IMG/VR virus record: IMGVR_UViG_3300034157_000066
Direction: 5' to 3' (one strand)
Source: a virus
Lineage: Duplodnaviria; Heunggongvirae; Uroviricota; Caudoviricetes
Length of the DNA stretch: 64,000 nt
Shown here one piece after another: positions 1 to 8,514 of this stretch (the first letter of the stretch is position 1; the number at the start of each line of letters is the position of its first letter). The notes under the pieces are model-generated. The model was not told the DNA's origin and did no database searches. It saw only the letters and a program-made list of their open reading frames with translations. Made by a program: the position numbers and the translations under genes.

Positions 1-1
1 G

Positions 2-349
2 CCTAACACTACGGGATCTTCTTGGGGAGCGGTGACTACTACTGAAGAATCCCTTTGGTGCCTAGTTACCAATAACTTTCAAGATAGCTCATTACATCCT
101 AATCCTTGCCAAGAGTTTGGTCTTGAGATGGATTACTGGCCTGAACTTTTTTGTGGGTTTTCCAACTTGGATCAATACCGTAACTGGTTGTTTAATCCTT
201 ATTGGAGACGGGCATTTGCAGAACGTGGTGTAAAAATGGTTACTTACAAAGTTCCACGGGAAGAAGTAAAATTTGGTCGTAAACAAATCCTGTTTAATAA
301 AAGCATGGCGACGAAAATCAAAGAAGAATCTTTGTCTAATTACTTTTAA
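2..349 (+). CDS. 3' part of a hypothetical protein ORF entering from upstream of the window
   Basis: Frame open from position 2 with no stop until TAA at 347-349; next promoter (ggtataat ~381) follows. Confidence 0.45.
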   Translation, partial: PNTTGSSWGAVTTTEESLWCLVTNNFQDSSLHPNPCQEFGLEMDYWPELFCGFSNLDQYRNWLFNPYWRRAFAERGVKMVTYKVPREEVKFGRKQILFNKSMATKIKEESLSNYF

Positions 350-412
350 TTAAAAAAACTCATAAATGTATTTTTTGTGGTATAATCATTCAAATTATTG
401 AGGAATGCCAGA

Positions 413-901
413 ATGTCAAATTTTGAAGTCGGTGATGTGGTTATCAATCTGAATCAACTCCACCTTTGGAATAACACCTATTACGCTAACCGTTTTATTT
501 CAGCTATGCGGGAAACTGTGACGGCAGTGAATGGCGATCTATTTACCACTGATCGTAAGCAATCTTTGTCTGAACCGGTTTCTGATAAAAGCATGGACGC
601 TCAACGTATTTTCCGTCAAGAAGATGGCCGTTGCATTGCGGATTCCAGCAGCTTTCGCTATAACCTGACCAAACATCCAGAAAGCATTCTTTACCGTGTG
701 AATGCCTATTTCGACGCAGGTTACGAAAAATTCAAAGCGGACGACAAAGAAGCCATTAATGACATTGAAAATCAAATTGCAGTGCTTCAACAAAAATTGA
801 ATGATATCTATTCTGGTAATCGTCCACTGACATCCAAGCAAACAGTTCGGGAACACCATGACGAGTGTGTAAAGGCTGTTATGGCACAATTGAAAATCTG
901 A
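413..901 (+). CDS. hypothetical protein (162 aa)
   Basis: ATG preceded by RBS GAGGA and extended -10 tgGTATAAT; ORF track 398..901 trimmed to first ATG with RBS. Confidence 0.6.
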   Translation: MSNFEVGDVVINLNQLHLWNNTYYANRFISAMRETVTAVNGDLFTTDRKQSLSEPVSDKSMDAQRIFRQEDGRCIADSSSFRYNLTKHPESILYRVNAYFDAGYEKFKADDKEAINDIENQIAVLQQKLNDIYSGNRPLTSKQTVREHHDECVKAVMAQLKI

Positions 902-932
902 CGTTTGGAAACAAAGATGGTTTAAAAAAGCT

Positions 933-961
933 TTGACATCGATCTCTAATTATCGTATAAT
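933..961 (+). promoter_or_regulatory. consensus sigma70 promoter TTGACA-17bp-TATAAT
   Basis: TTGACA at 933-938, 17-bp spacer, TATAAT at 956-961; no protein-coding gene with RBS follows for ~300 nt. Confidence 0.6.
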
Positions 962-968
962 TGTTGCA

Positions 969-1300
969 TCCGATACGGGATCAATTCTGTTCTCGTATGG
1001 CACATTCTGTTGTCAATTTTTTTGACATTGGGAGCATTGGGAGGTCTAATGTGCAGACACCCATTTCGCTGGGATTGGCCTCGACCAGTGAGGACTGCAA
1101 GGGGGAAACGCTATTAACTTTCTTCGCTAGAAAGGATCGAAAGATTATGGTAAAAGTGTTCTGTTTGCGACAGCACTGCAATCTGACTCGCTCAGATTGT
1201 ATTAGAGAGATCCTTCGATGAAGTTTTCTTTAATACAATTTCAATGAATCAAAATAAACATAAACCCTTTTGGTGTGAGCCATTAGGGTTTTTTATTGTT
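969..1300 (+). ncRNA. candidate structured non-coding RNA (or long untranslated transcript) driven by consensus promoter
   Basis: GC-richer than flanks, several local hairpins (cctcgaccagtgagg, tgtcaatttttttgaca), only an RBS-less 86-aa ORF, ends at hairpin+T-run ~1265-1300. Confidence 0.35.
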
Positions 1301-1428
1301 CTTTTTTCTTTAAATCTTCTAAAAACCTGTTCTGGTGGATTTACAAACTTTGAATTTTCTGCTAAAATAAAGGATCAAATTTCATTTATGTTATTTTTGA
1401 AAAAACTTAGAAATGATTGAAAAAACTG

Positions 1429-1457
1429 TTGTCATGGATTGAGTTCGTTGGTATAAT
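1429..1457 (+). promoter_or_regulatory. sigma70-like promoter TTGTCA-17-TATAAT (extended -10) for paralog 1
   Basis: TTGTCA 1429-1434, tgGTATAAT 1449-1457, followed by conserved leader TACCCCACACAAACAGAGA. Confidence 0.6.
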
Positions 1458-1490
1458 TACCCCACACAAACAGAGACGGAGTTACACAAG

Positions 1491-1844
1491 ATGACCACTT
1501 CCAAAGTAGCAGTTGCGAACGCCGACCGCACTACCGAAGATCTGACCAATGCTCTTGAAAAACTTCGCCAGATGATGGTTGCTGACTACAACAGCGATGG
1601 TTACAACCTTGGCTATAATGTGGAATTTGAATTCCGTCAAAAATATGTTCGCCTTATTCACACCGATGGCAAAAGCAAAAGTGGTAGCTGTGCCGGGTGG
1701 ATTGTTATCGAACGTGACAATAAACAATTTGAGTTCGGTGCTTTGTTGAAATCTGCTGGTCGCCAAGGACCAGCTAAAAACTTCTCACGCGGCAATGTGT
1801 TTGACCTCGAAGGGAAGACCATTCGCTGGACTGGTATCCAGTAA
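1491..1844 (+). CDS. hypothetical protein, member 1 of tandem triplicated 117-121 aa family
   Basis: ORF with own promoter, conserved leader and CUUCGG terminator; paralogous to 1984..2334 and 2553..2918 (MTTS(K/Q)VAVANADRTTE...W(T/A)GIQ). Confidence 0.75.
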   Translation: MTTSKVAVANADRTTEDLTNALEKLRQMMVADYNSDGYNLGYNVEFEFRQKYVRLIHTDGKSKSGSCAGWIVIERDNKQFEFGALLKSAGRQGPAKNFSRGNVFDLEGKTIRWTGIQ

Positions 1845-1856
1845 CACTAACTATAG

Positions 1857-1881
1857 AAAAGGGGCTTCGGCCCTTTTTTTG
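1857..1881 (+). terminator. rho-independent terminator (GGGGCUUCGGCCCC + T-run)
   Basis: aaaaggggcttcggcccttttttt; CUUCGG tetraloop hairpin. Confidence 0.8.
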
Positions 1882-1983
1882 ATCTTTATTTTTATTATTT
1901 TTCATATAGTATCGAAAAATGTTGTTTTTGATGAAAAACGTTGTTATAATTACCCTACACAAACAGAGATGGAGTTACACAAG

Positions 1984-2334
1984 ATGACCACTTCCCAAGT
2001 AGCTGTTGCAAACGCCGACCGCACTACCGAAGAATTGACCGAAGGTCTTGAAAAGCTTCGTAAACTCATGATTGCGGACTATGATCGCACTGGTTTCAAC
2101 ATGGGTTATGACATTGAGTTTGAATTTGGATCGAAATACATCCGGGTTATTCACAACAATGGCCGTGGTAGCCGTAGCTGTTCAGGTTTTGTCTGCTGCG
2201 ACCGTAACCACAAAAAGTTCGAATTTGGTGCCTTGCTGAAAGACGCTGGCTGGAAGGCTCCGGCCATGAACAAGGCTCGCGGTAGTGTGTTTGCACTCGA
2301 AGGCAAAACGATTGCATGGACGGGCATCCAGTAA
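1984..2334 (+). CDS. hypothetical protein, member 2 of tandem triplicated family
   Basis: ORF track 1795..2334 trimmed to ATG that aligns with paralog 1 start and follows identical leader ...acacaagATG; own promoter tgTTATAAT ~1944-1952 and terminator 2347-2371. Confidence 0.75.
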   Translation: MTTSQVAVANADRTTEELTEGLEKLRKLMIADYDRTGFNMGYDIEFEFGSKYIRVIHNNGRGSRSCSGFVCCDRNHKKFEFGALLKDAGWKAPAMNKARGSVFALEGKTIAWTGIQ

Positions 2335-2346
2335 AACTGACCAGAT

Positions 2347-2371
2347 AAAAGGGGCTTCGGCCCTTTTTTTG
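2347..2371 (+). terminator. rho-independent terminator (CUUCGG hairpin)
   Basis: aaaaggggcttcggcccttttttt identical to 1857-1881. Confidence 0.8.
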
Positions 2372-2552
2372 ATCTTTTATTTTCATTAATTGGCTCTGTT
2401 GGCTTGCTTGGATCTCTTTTTTTATGGTAAAATTAAGGATCTTTTTCTAACTACTTATTCATAAAACATTTTAAAAATTTGACTAAAAATGTTGTTTTTG
2501 ATTATTTTCTTTGTTATAATTATCACACACAAACAGAGATGGAGTTACAGCG

Positions 2553-2918
2553 ATGAACACTTCCCAAGCAGTTGCAAAAGTAGTTACTCACGCTGACACC
2601 GAGAACAAAACTGTTGAAGAACTTCTTGAAGCAATGGAAACTCTTCGTCAAATCATGGTTGAAAACTATGGTGACAACTCAGGTCGTAATGAATATGATG
2701 TCTATTTCGAAGCTGGTTCCAAATACACTCGCCTCTACTACAAAACCAGTTGCCAACGCATGTGCCTTGGCTTTATCGTGAACACCAAGAGCCACAAGAA
2801 GTTCCCATTTGGCACGCTCTTGATGTCAGCCGGTTGGAAAGCACCAGCAGTCAATAAAGGGCGTGGCAACATCTTTAATCTTGAAGGTAAAACTGTTCAG
2901 TGGACAGGCATTCAATAA
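2553..2918 (+). CDS. hypothetical protein, member 3 (more diverged) of tandem triplicated family
   Basis: Promoter aaaatgttgtttttgatt...tgTTATAAT, leader cacacaaacagagatggagttacag, terminator aagggcttcggcccttttttg at 2941-2962. Confidence 0.75.
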   Translation: MNTSQAVAKVVTHADTENKTVEELLEAMETLRQIMVENYGDNSGRNEYDVYFEAGSKYTRLYYKTSCQRMCLGFIVNTKSHKKFPFGTLLMSAGWKAPAVNKGRGNIFNLEGKTVQWTGIQ

Positions 2919-2940
2919 TTCGAATGTCGCTAACAAAAGA

Positions 2941-2962
2941 AAGGGCTTCGGCCCTTTTTTGC
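2941..2962 (+). terminator. rho-independent terminator (CUUCGG hairpin)
   Basis: aagggcttcggcccttttttg. Confidence 0.75.
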
Positions 2963-3053
2963 TATCTTCTTTTTCATTATATCTATCATTGTTGAGCGAT
3001 TTATGATATTATAGTCCAAACATTTCGAGGTTTTTTAATTGAAAATTACAACA

Positions 3054-4277
3054 ATGATTGATGACATAGAAAAAATTCTAGAAGAATCATCAGAACGGCT
3101 AAATTTAAAGCAGATTAACACTAAAGAACAACCGTGCAAGGCTGATGCTGATAATCAATTTTCTTTTAGTTCGATGGGACTTAATGATAAAATTAAAATA
3201 TATTTAATTGCCCATAAAGATGTTAGTGTTGTCTATGATTTCTTAAAACTGTCACATAAGACAATTAAAAACATCGAAAAAGCTCGAAATTTCATTGCAA
3301 ATATTATTCCAGAAGAAACATCAGTTCAGCATATTATTAACAAAATACAAATTCATACTGATGACAAAATTGAACTCTCTATCATTGGTTGTGGGTGTAC
3401 AAGTTTTAGAGTGCTTCTTCGTGATGGCTTGGTATCATTTTCTATATCACACGTCAGCAATTCATATAGCAAGGAAACCTATAATTTTGAAAACTATGAT
3501 GATTTTGATGATTTAGTTAATACAGCCGTTAATAAAATCATTCCGTCTTTTATTGAAACCATAGGATTTTCATCAGGAGACAAAAACTCACCAGACGTTG
3601 TAGATTTTATTGAAAAAACAGCCGAACAAATGTTTTTTGAAAAAGAGTTAAACCCACTTTTCAATTATATTAAGCCAAATGAGCTGGTTCATTTAGTTTG
3701 TTCTGATTTAAATTTAAATTTGAATGATGTCATGCAGTCATTAAACTACAAAGAAAATGACTCTATGAAAAGTCTTAATATTCCTAATAATTTAACAACT
3801 ATGATATCTTCTATTGCTCAACATCTGGTTAATATTGATGGCATTAAATATAAATTTGATCAACTCATTAGCCTTATCATTCTTTATAATAATATTACTA
3901 ATAAAAAAGAAAAATTTTCAGTTACTTTTTATCCAGTGCAAAAGAAAGATTTCTTTAAAGGTAATTCTTTTAATCGGTCTTACTATGTACTTAATATCAG
4001 TGAAACATTAACAATTTACATTGGTCATAAACTAGGTGATGGTAAAAAAGATGACATAGCTTATTTAGATGATAGTGATGATTTTAAATTGTTCTCATTT
4101 GTTTATTTAAAAGACTTAATGAATTATGACTACTATGAATACTTAACTAACGATATTGATTATGTTTACAATGCTATTTTAACAGATCTTCGGTCTATTA
4201 TTAAAAAGGTTCTCTGCAAAGAGGATGACACTATTAGTTTCCGAGATCTTGAAGTTTATAAAATGGCTGTATTTTAA
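3054..4277 (+). CDS. hypothetical protein (~407 aa), very AT-rich, paralog of 4388..5611
   Basis: Long ORF; TTG at 3039 or ATG at 3054 possible; shares N-term (IYLIAH(K/E)DV...DFL(K/N)LS) and C-term (ND(I/L)DY(V/I)YN(A/V)ILT...(L/I)EV(Y/F)KMA) motifs with next gene. Confidence 0.6.
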   Translation: MIDDIEKILEESSERLNLKQINTKEQPCKADADNQFSFSSMGLNDKIKIYLIAHKDVSVVYDFLKLSHKTIKNIEKARNFIANIIPEETSVQHIINKIQIHTDDKIELSIIGCGCTSFRVLLRDGLVSFSISHVSNSYSKETYNFENYDDFDDLVNTAVNKIIPSFIETIGFSSGDKNSPDVVDFIEKTAEQMFFEKELNPLFNYIKPNELVHLVCSDLNLNLNDVMQSLNYKENDSMKSLNIPNNLTTMISSIAQHLVNIDGIKYKFDQLISLIILYNNITNKKEKFSVTFYPVQKKDFFKGNSFNRSYYVLNISETLTIYIGHKLGDGKKDDIAYLDDSDDFKLFSFVYLKDLMNYDYYEYLTNDIDYVYNAILTDLRSIIKKVLCKEDDTISFRDLEVYKMAVF

Positions 4278-4387
4278 AAATTAATAACATTTATTCTACC
4301 ATTACATCTAGACACCTTGATGTCTACAAGAGGCTTGTGGTATAATTCTCAATCTATTATTTATCTTAATTTTGACGTGAGGCGATA

Positions 4388-5611
4388 ATGAACATTAGTG
4401 AAAAAATCAATGAATTGGAAATCAATATTAAATCATTTATTGCGGAAAATAATCTTCCTGTTTTAATTCCAAATAATAATTATCGCATTTCTTTGGATGG
4501 CGAAAATCAATGCGTTTTTGCTCAGAGTGGTAATTCACATCTTTATTTGATTGCACATGAAGATGTTCAAATCATGGAAGATTTTCTTAACTTAAGCCCT
4601 AATACAGTTAACAAGATAAATAAAATTCGGGCTTTTATTCGTGATATGTATGATGACACCAATAATTTCAAACATAAACGGTTGAAAGTTAAAATTGATC
4701 CAGATCAAAGTGTTGAGTTTTCGATTATCGGCCTTGGACTTGGTGGTCTTAGAATTGAATTAAAAGCCACTGAGCTTGTTGTTTCTTGGATTTATGGCGA
4801 TAACGTTAGCGTCATTTATTCTCTCGATGATGACATTGAACAGAAAGTAAATGAAGCATTGGATCTTGTTATACCAACAATATTAACTAAGCTTGGATTT
4901 TTGAAATGCTCAGAACACTCAGAAGAAGTTATTGATTTTATGAATAAATCTACTGATGATTTAATTGTTGAACATTTTTCAAAATTTGGATTTGATTATA
5001 TTCATCAAAATGAATTGATTGCAAATGCATGTTCATCGACCAAAATTAGTTTGGATGACCTTAACAACTATAATAAAAAAAATGAAAAACCTAATCTTAT
5101 TAAAATACCCCATATGATGATGTCTATTTTACCAAAAATCATGAGTAATATTTCATCAGATATTTCAGTGCATTCAAAATTTAAACAACTCCTTAGTCTT
5201 ATTTATTTTTACGACTATTTAAAACCAACAAACTCAGAAGCTCTCTTGATTTTTAAAGAATATTCAAAATTTGATTTAGCCCCATCAGCTAGTTTTCAAT
5301 CTGGATATTTTACTCTTTTAATGGGTGGTCTTCTTAGACTTGATGTAGGGCACCAATTAAAACCAGATCCAGATGATGAAGAACATCTGTTTGATAGCCC
5401 AAGTGAAAATGGTTATGCCTATATGTTTGAAATTTATCTTTATGATGTAGAAGCACCTGATGCTTTTTACAAATACTTTTGTAATGACCTTGATTATATT
5501 TACAATGTTATATTGACTAAAGTTAGAAACTTAATTAATTCAGCTATCTTAAATGTCGATGAGCCACTTACAGCCAGACAAATTGAAGTTTTTAAAATGG
5601 CGACTGTTTAA
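4388..5611 (+). CDS. hypothetical protein (407 aa), paralog of 3054..4277
   Basis: Promoter gtggTATAAT ~4337-4346, RBS gtgaggcgataATG; paralogy to upstream gene. Confidence 0.65.
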   Translation: MNISEKINELEINIKSFIAENNLPVLIPNNNYRISLDGENQCVFAQSGNSHLYLIAHEDVQIMEDFLNLSPNTVNKINKIRAFIRDMYDDTNNFKHKRLKVKIDPDQSVEFSIIGLGLGGLRIELKATELVVSWIYGDNVSVIYSLDDDIEQKVNEALDLVIPTILTKLGFLKCSEHSEEVIDFMNKSTDDLIVEHFSKFGFDYIHQNELIANACSSTKISLDDLNNYNKKNEKPNLIKIPHMMMSILPKIMSNISSDISVHSKFKQLLSLIYFYDYLKPTNSEALLIFKEYSKFDLAPSASFQSGYFTLLMGGLLRLDVGHQLKPDPDDEEHLFDSPSENGYAYMFEIYLYDVEAPDAFYKYFCNDLDYIYNVILTKVRNLINSAILNVDEPLTARQIEVFKMATV

Positions 5612-5707
5612 CTGTTAACAAAATAACCAATCACAATTGTATTTTTTTGATTGTGATTGGTTTTCATTGATTGTATAATCATGGTTCAAATCAAAAGGAT
5701 TACAGAA

Positions 5708-6016
5708 ATGGCTGCTATTATTCGTCACTTGTTTGCAAATGAAGAAATGACTTGGCGAGCAAAATCGGTTTTTGGTGACATCGTTGAAGAAGCCTACCTT
5801 TGTTTCAACAAAGAAGATGATGGCGATAATTCTGTTTTTGAAGGCTATAATGATAAGCTGACACTCTCATTAGAAAACACACAACTTCTTCGTAATTGCC
5901 TCGATTCCGAGAAACCCATTGCTATCAAGTTCAAGAATGGTCGTATTGTTGAAATGGCTTCTCATGACATGTTGATGCTTGAACGTATTGACCAAGAGCC
6001 TTTGCTGGTGGTTTGA
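5708..6016 (+). CDS. hypothetical protein (102 aa)
   Basis: tgTATAAT at ~5672-5679, RBS aaaaggattacagaaATG; track ORF 5657 trimmed. Confidence 0.6.
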   Translation: MAAIIRHLFANEEMTWRAKSVFGDIVEEAYLCFNKEDDGDNSVFEGYNDKLTLSLENTQLLRNCLDSEKPIAIKFKNGRIVEMASHDMLMLERIDQEPLLVV

Positions 6017-6052
6017 TCTTTCTCTCAATGATGTATGTAGGCAATTTTTTTG

Positions 6053-6081
6053 TTTACATACGTTGTTTTTTACGCTATACT
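6053..6081 (+). promoter_or_regulatory. T4-early-like promoter gTTTACA-17-TATACT
   Basis: TTTACA 6053-6058, spacer 17, TATACT 6076-6081. Confidence 0.5.
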
Positions 6082-6087
6082 ACCTGT

Positions 6088-6320
6088 GAATTTTAGCACT
6101 TCTGCGAAAACTTATTGAGAAGTAATTTTTCGCAGTGGTGGCGGAATTCCACCTCGTTGGCAGAGGACTAATGTGAAGGGAGTTGGGGGCAGAACCCAAT
6201 GAAATGTCACAAGGACAATACACCTTGTGTAACTCTAATGAGACAAATTGCCTTGGCGACCCGCCAGTTAAACGCACCTGCGGAATCAGGTCGAGGGGTT
6301 GAAAATTATTAACAATCGTT
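6088..6320 (+). ncRNA. candidate structured RNA or long structured 5' leader of the next gene
   Basis: ~230 nt GC-richer non-coding stretch with multiple hairpins (ctgcgaaaa...ttttcgcag; ggtggcggaattccacc; cacaagg...ccttgtg); no RBS-bearing ORF; second promoter TATACT 6342-6347 follows. Confidence 0.35.
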
Positions 6321-6378
6321 GTCCTTGGATAGTGATTGTGTTATACTACATTACATTCAAAAAGTGGAGTATTCAAAC

Positions 6379-6693
6379 ATGTCTCAGTTGACCGAAATTG
6401 CAGAATTAGAAGACAAATCTGCATTGTCTTCATTGTTGTCGCAACCCGGTGTCTTAATTGATATTGATCGGTCAGGCAGTATCACAGCCGAGGAAATGGA
6501 ATCTTTTCTCAATGAACTATCAATGATTACTGCAGCTTCTGAAAAGAAAGATCGTTGGTTGAACTTTAGTCACAAACTCCGTAACAAAGGCAAAGAAATG
6601 AAACCTCGTGTTTGTAGTAAGCGAAACGAGATCCGTTTTAAGCTGACCGAAATTAATCCTAAATATGAGTTTATGTTTACGGATGGAGAATGA
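6379..6693 (+). CDS. hypothetical protein (104 aa)
   Basis: RBS aaaaagtggagtattcaaacATG; track ORF 6319 trimmed to RBS-supported ATG. Confidence 0.6.
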   Translation: MSQLTEIAELEDKSALSSLLSQPGVLIDIDRSGSITAEEMESFLNELSMITAASEKKDRWLNFSHKLRNKGKEMKPRVCSKRNEIRFKLTEINPKYEFMFTDGE

Positions 6694-6744
6694 ACTATAA
6701 GTTATAAAAAAAACCAGCTACTGCTGGTTTTTTATTGTCTTTAC

Positions 6745-7260
6745 TTATTTCAATTCATCATATGTTTTATTAATTAGTAATGTTGACGGCCCATATGAAC
6801 ATGATATTTCATATACTTTATCATAAAATGCAGGTCTTACTACAAGATGCATATCTCTTGTTGCATCTGCTGAAAATGTTCCTATGTTTTCTGCTGTCAA
6901 AAATTGAGTGTAATAAGTTCCATTATTTAGATGGACATCAATTAAAATAACTTGACTATATCTTGAAGACTTGTCTGCAAGCTCAGCAGATGTAGAAAAC
7001 CCGCCATCAGTTTTGTATCCAATGTTGTAATATATAATATCTGGATACTTCGATATCGTTGGATAACCATTCATCAACTCAGGTGTAGAGAAGTTTTCAG
7101 GACACTCTTCCGGTTCAGCAGGTGGAGTAGGTTCTGTACTTCCGCTATCTTTATCAATAAATGAAATGGGTTCAGGCAGTTTGAAATAATAACTATATTC
7201 AGCAAATGAACTTAATGGTAATAATGTTAGTAGTGCAACAGTAAATTTTATTAATCTCAT
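6745..7260 (-). CDS. secreted protein with signal peptide and Pro-rich segment (171 aa); member of AEY-x-I/V N-terminus family
   Basis: N-term MRLIKFTVALLTLLPLSSFA|EYSYYFKLPEP; own promoter on minus strand (TTGACT...TAAAAT in 7261-7320); low GC. Confidence 0.7.
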   Translation of the reverse strand: MRLIKFTVALLTLLPLSSFAEYSYYFKLPEPISFIDKDSGSTEPTPPAEPEECPENFSTPELMNGYPTISKYPDIIYYNIGYKTDGGFSTSAELADKSSRYSQVILIDVHLNNGTYYTQFLTAENIGTFSADATRDMHLVVRPAFYDKVYEISCSYGPSTLLINKTYDELK

Positions 7261-7323
7261 AATATTCTAATTGTTTTATATTATTTTATATATCAAAAAT
7301 ATTAAGTCAATTTCATTAGATAA

Positions 7324-7351
7324 TAAAAAACCAGCATTAGCTGGTTTTTTA
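7324..7351. terminator. bidirectional rho-independent terminator
   Basis: aaaaaaccagcattagctggtttttt with T/A runs on both sides; lies between convergent gene ends. Confidence 0.7.
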
Positions 7352-7361
7352 TCTACTTATT

Positions 7362-8396
7362 TTAGTTTTTTGATTTTACATAAATTTCTTTCAAGCTGCT
7401 CACATCAAAGTGTGGAGCGGTTGCATAAGAGAAGCTTGGACAAATTCTATTTGGTCCAACTATTCCATTACCACCACAAGGACCACCCGCACCATACACA
7501 GGCCACAATCCGAATGTGTCTGTCATATCAGTAGCTCTCTGACCCGGCCAACCAGCCGCTTCTGGATAGAGTGTTTTCGATCCGATAGATGTATTGACTG
7601 AGAAACCACCTGCAATGTTTTGCCCCTTGTTAAAGGTGTTGAATGTTTGCCAAGAACCAAACATACTAGTCCATGTTGCGTTAGCATTCTTCACCATCAT
7701 CGCAGAACTTATATTCACAGAACCACTTGGGATTACTGGATAGGCTGTTGTATCGTTTGAATAACTGAGTATTTTACCCGTTTTCATTGCCACATCTTGG
7801 AAGTTACGCTTAGCAGACCCAGCCGGTAATTGTGTCCAACGACCCACCAATATCCAGTTCCCTCCAGCAGTATTCATATCAACATAAGCTTTAGCTTTGT
7901 TTCCTAAACCATCAGTAATGTCATAAATGCCGCTTTGACCTGCCACTGGGTTCATGATCATTAGATAACTTGTAGATGTTCCTACAGCATTCTTGGTATT
8001 CGTTAAGTTGCTCAATTCTTTACCAGAGGCTTCATCGTTATACGCAACACCTTTATCACGAATTTCACCTGTTACAGCATTTTTTTCTTGCTTGATATAA
8101 CTTTCATATTTCATACCCTTACAGTTTGTTGCTGTTTGAGTGTAGGTTGTATTAATCAACTCATCGGCTGGTAATGGTGCCCAGTTTGTGCATCCGTATC
8201 TATATAATGGATCTTCTTTTGGTAAATCAACTAAACCTAATGACTTTGGAGTGATTTCTAACCACTCAACTTGTTTGAATTTTATTTCAACAGTCCCCAT
8301 TATCACTTCATATTTTGCATAGGATAATCCGCAAAAAAGAGCAATTGACGCCATTGATAATATTTTTATGTTTTTATTAGTTGTCTTCATATTCAT
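7362..8396 (-). CDS. secreted protein (344 aa) with one copy of Cys-containing ~50-aa repeat (GCTNW.P...QTATNCKG)
   Basis: Signal peptide MNMKTTNKNIKILSMASIALFCGLSYA|KYEV; minus-strand promoter TTGAAA-16-TATAAT in 8397-8460; shares repeat with 8515, 16311, 56048 proteins. Confidence 0.75.
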   Translation of the reverse strand: MNMKTTNKNIKILSMASIALFCGLSYAKYEVIMGTVEIKFKQVEWLEITPKSLGLVDLPKEDPLYRYGCTNWAPLPADELINTTYTQTATNCKGMKYESYIKQEKNAVTGEIRDKGVAYNDEASGKELSNLTNTKNAVGTSTSYLMIMNPVAGQSGIYDITDGLGNKAKAYVDMNTAGGNWILVGRWTQLPAGSAKRNFQDVAMKTGKILSYSNDTTAYPVIPSGSVNISSAMMVKNANATWTSMFGSWQTFNTFNKGQNIAGGFSVNTSIGSKTLYPEAAGWPGQRATDMTDTFGLWPVYGAGGPCGGNGIVGPNRICPSFSYATAPHFDVSSLKEIYVKSKN

Positions 8397-8460
8397 ACTT
8401 TGTTCTTATTATTTTAAGTATTATAATATTTTTATTGTATATTTCAAGTCTTATATAAAA

Positions 8461-8492
8461 ATAAAAGACCTTATGGCCTTTTTATTTTTTTA
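8461..8492. terminator. rho-independent terminator for minus-strand gene 8515..9222 (hairpin aaagaccttatggccttt)
   Basis: Hairpin flanked by A/T runs just downstream (minus sense) of stop. Confidence 0.65.
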
Positions 8493-8514
8493 ATGGTAAA
8501 TCCTCTCTTATCTC

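Larger units (their letters stand above)
1400..2970 (+). repeat. tandem triplication of a promoter-leader-gene-terminator cassette (three ~480-570 bp units)
   Basis: Units 1 and 2 nearly identical in promoter, leader and terminator; unit 3 diverged with ~100 bp extra spacer. Confidence 0.8.

Noticed and set aside
961-1221. 86-aa plus-strand ORF and overlapping 66-aa minus ORF inside the promoter-driven non-coding transcript
   Set aside because: No Shine-Dalgarno, atypical composition, overlapping antisense ORF; more consistent with non-coding RNA.
3295-4011. Small internal ORFs (3295..3516, 3814..4011) within the 3054..4277 gene
   Set aside because: Embedded out-of-frame in a long, paralog-supported ORF; AT-rich sequence generates such frames by chance.
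6080-6277. 65-aa minus-strand ORF in the structured region before gene 6379
   Set aside because: No RBS or promoter on the minus strand; lies in a GC-rich hairpin-dense segment downstream of a plus-strand promoter.
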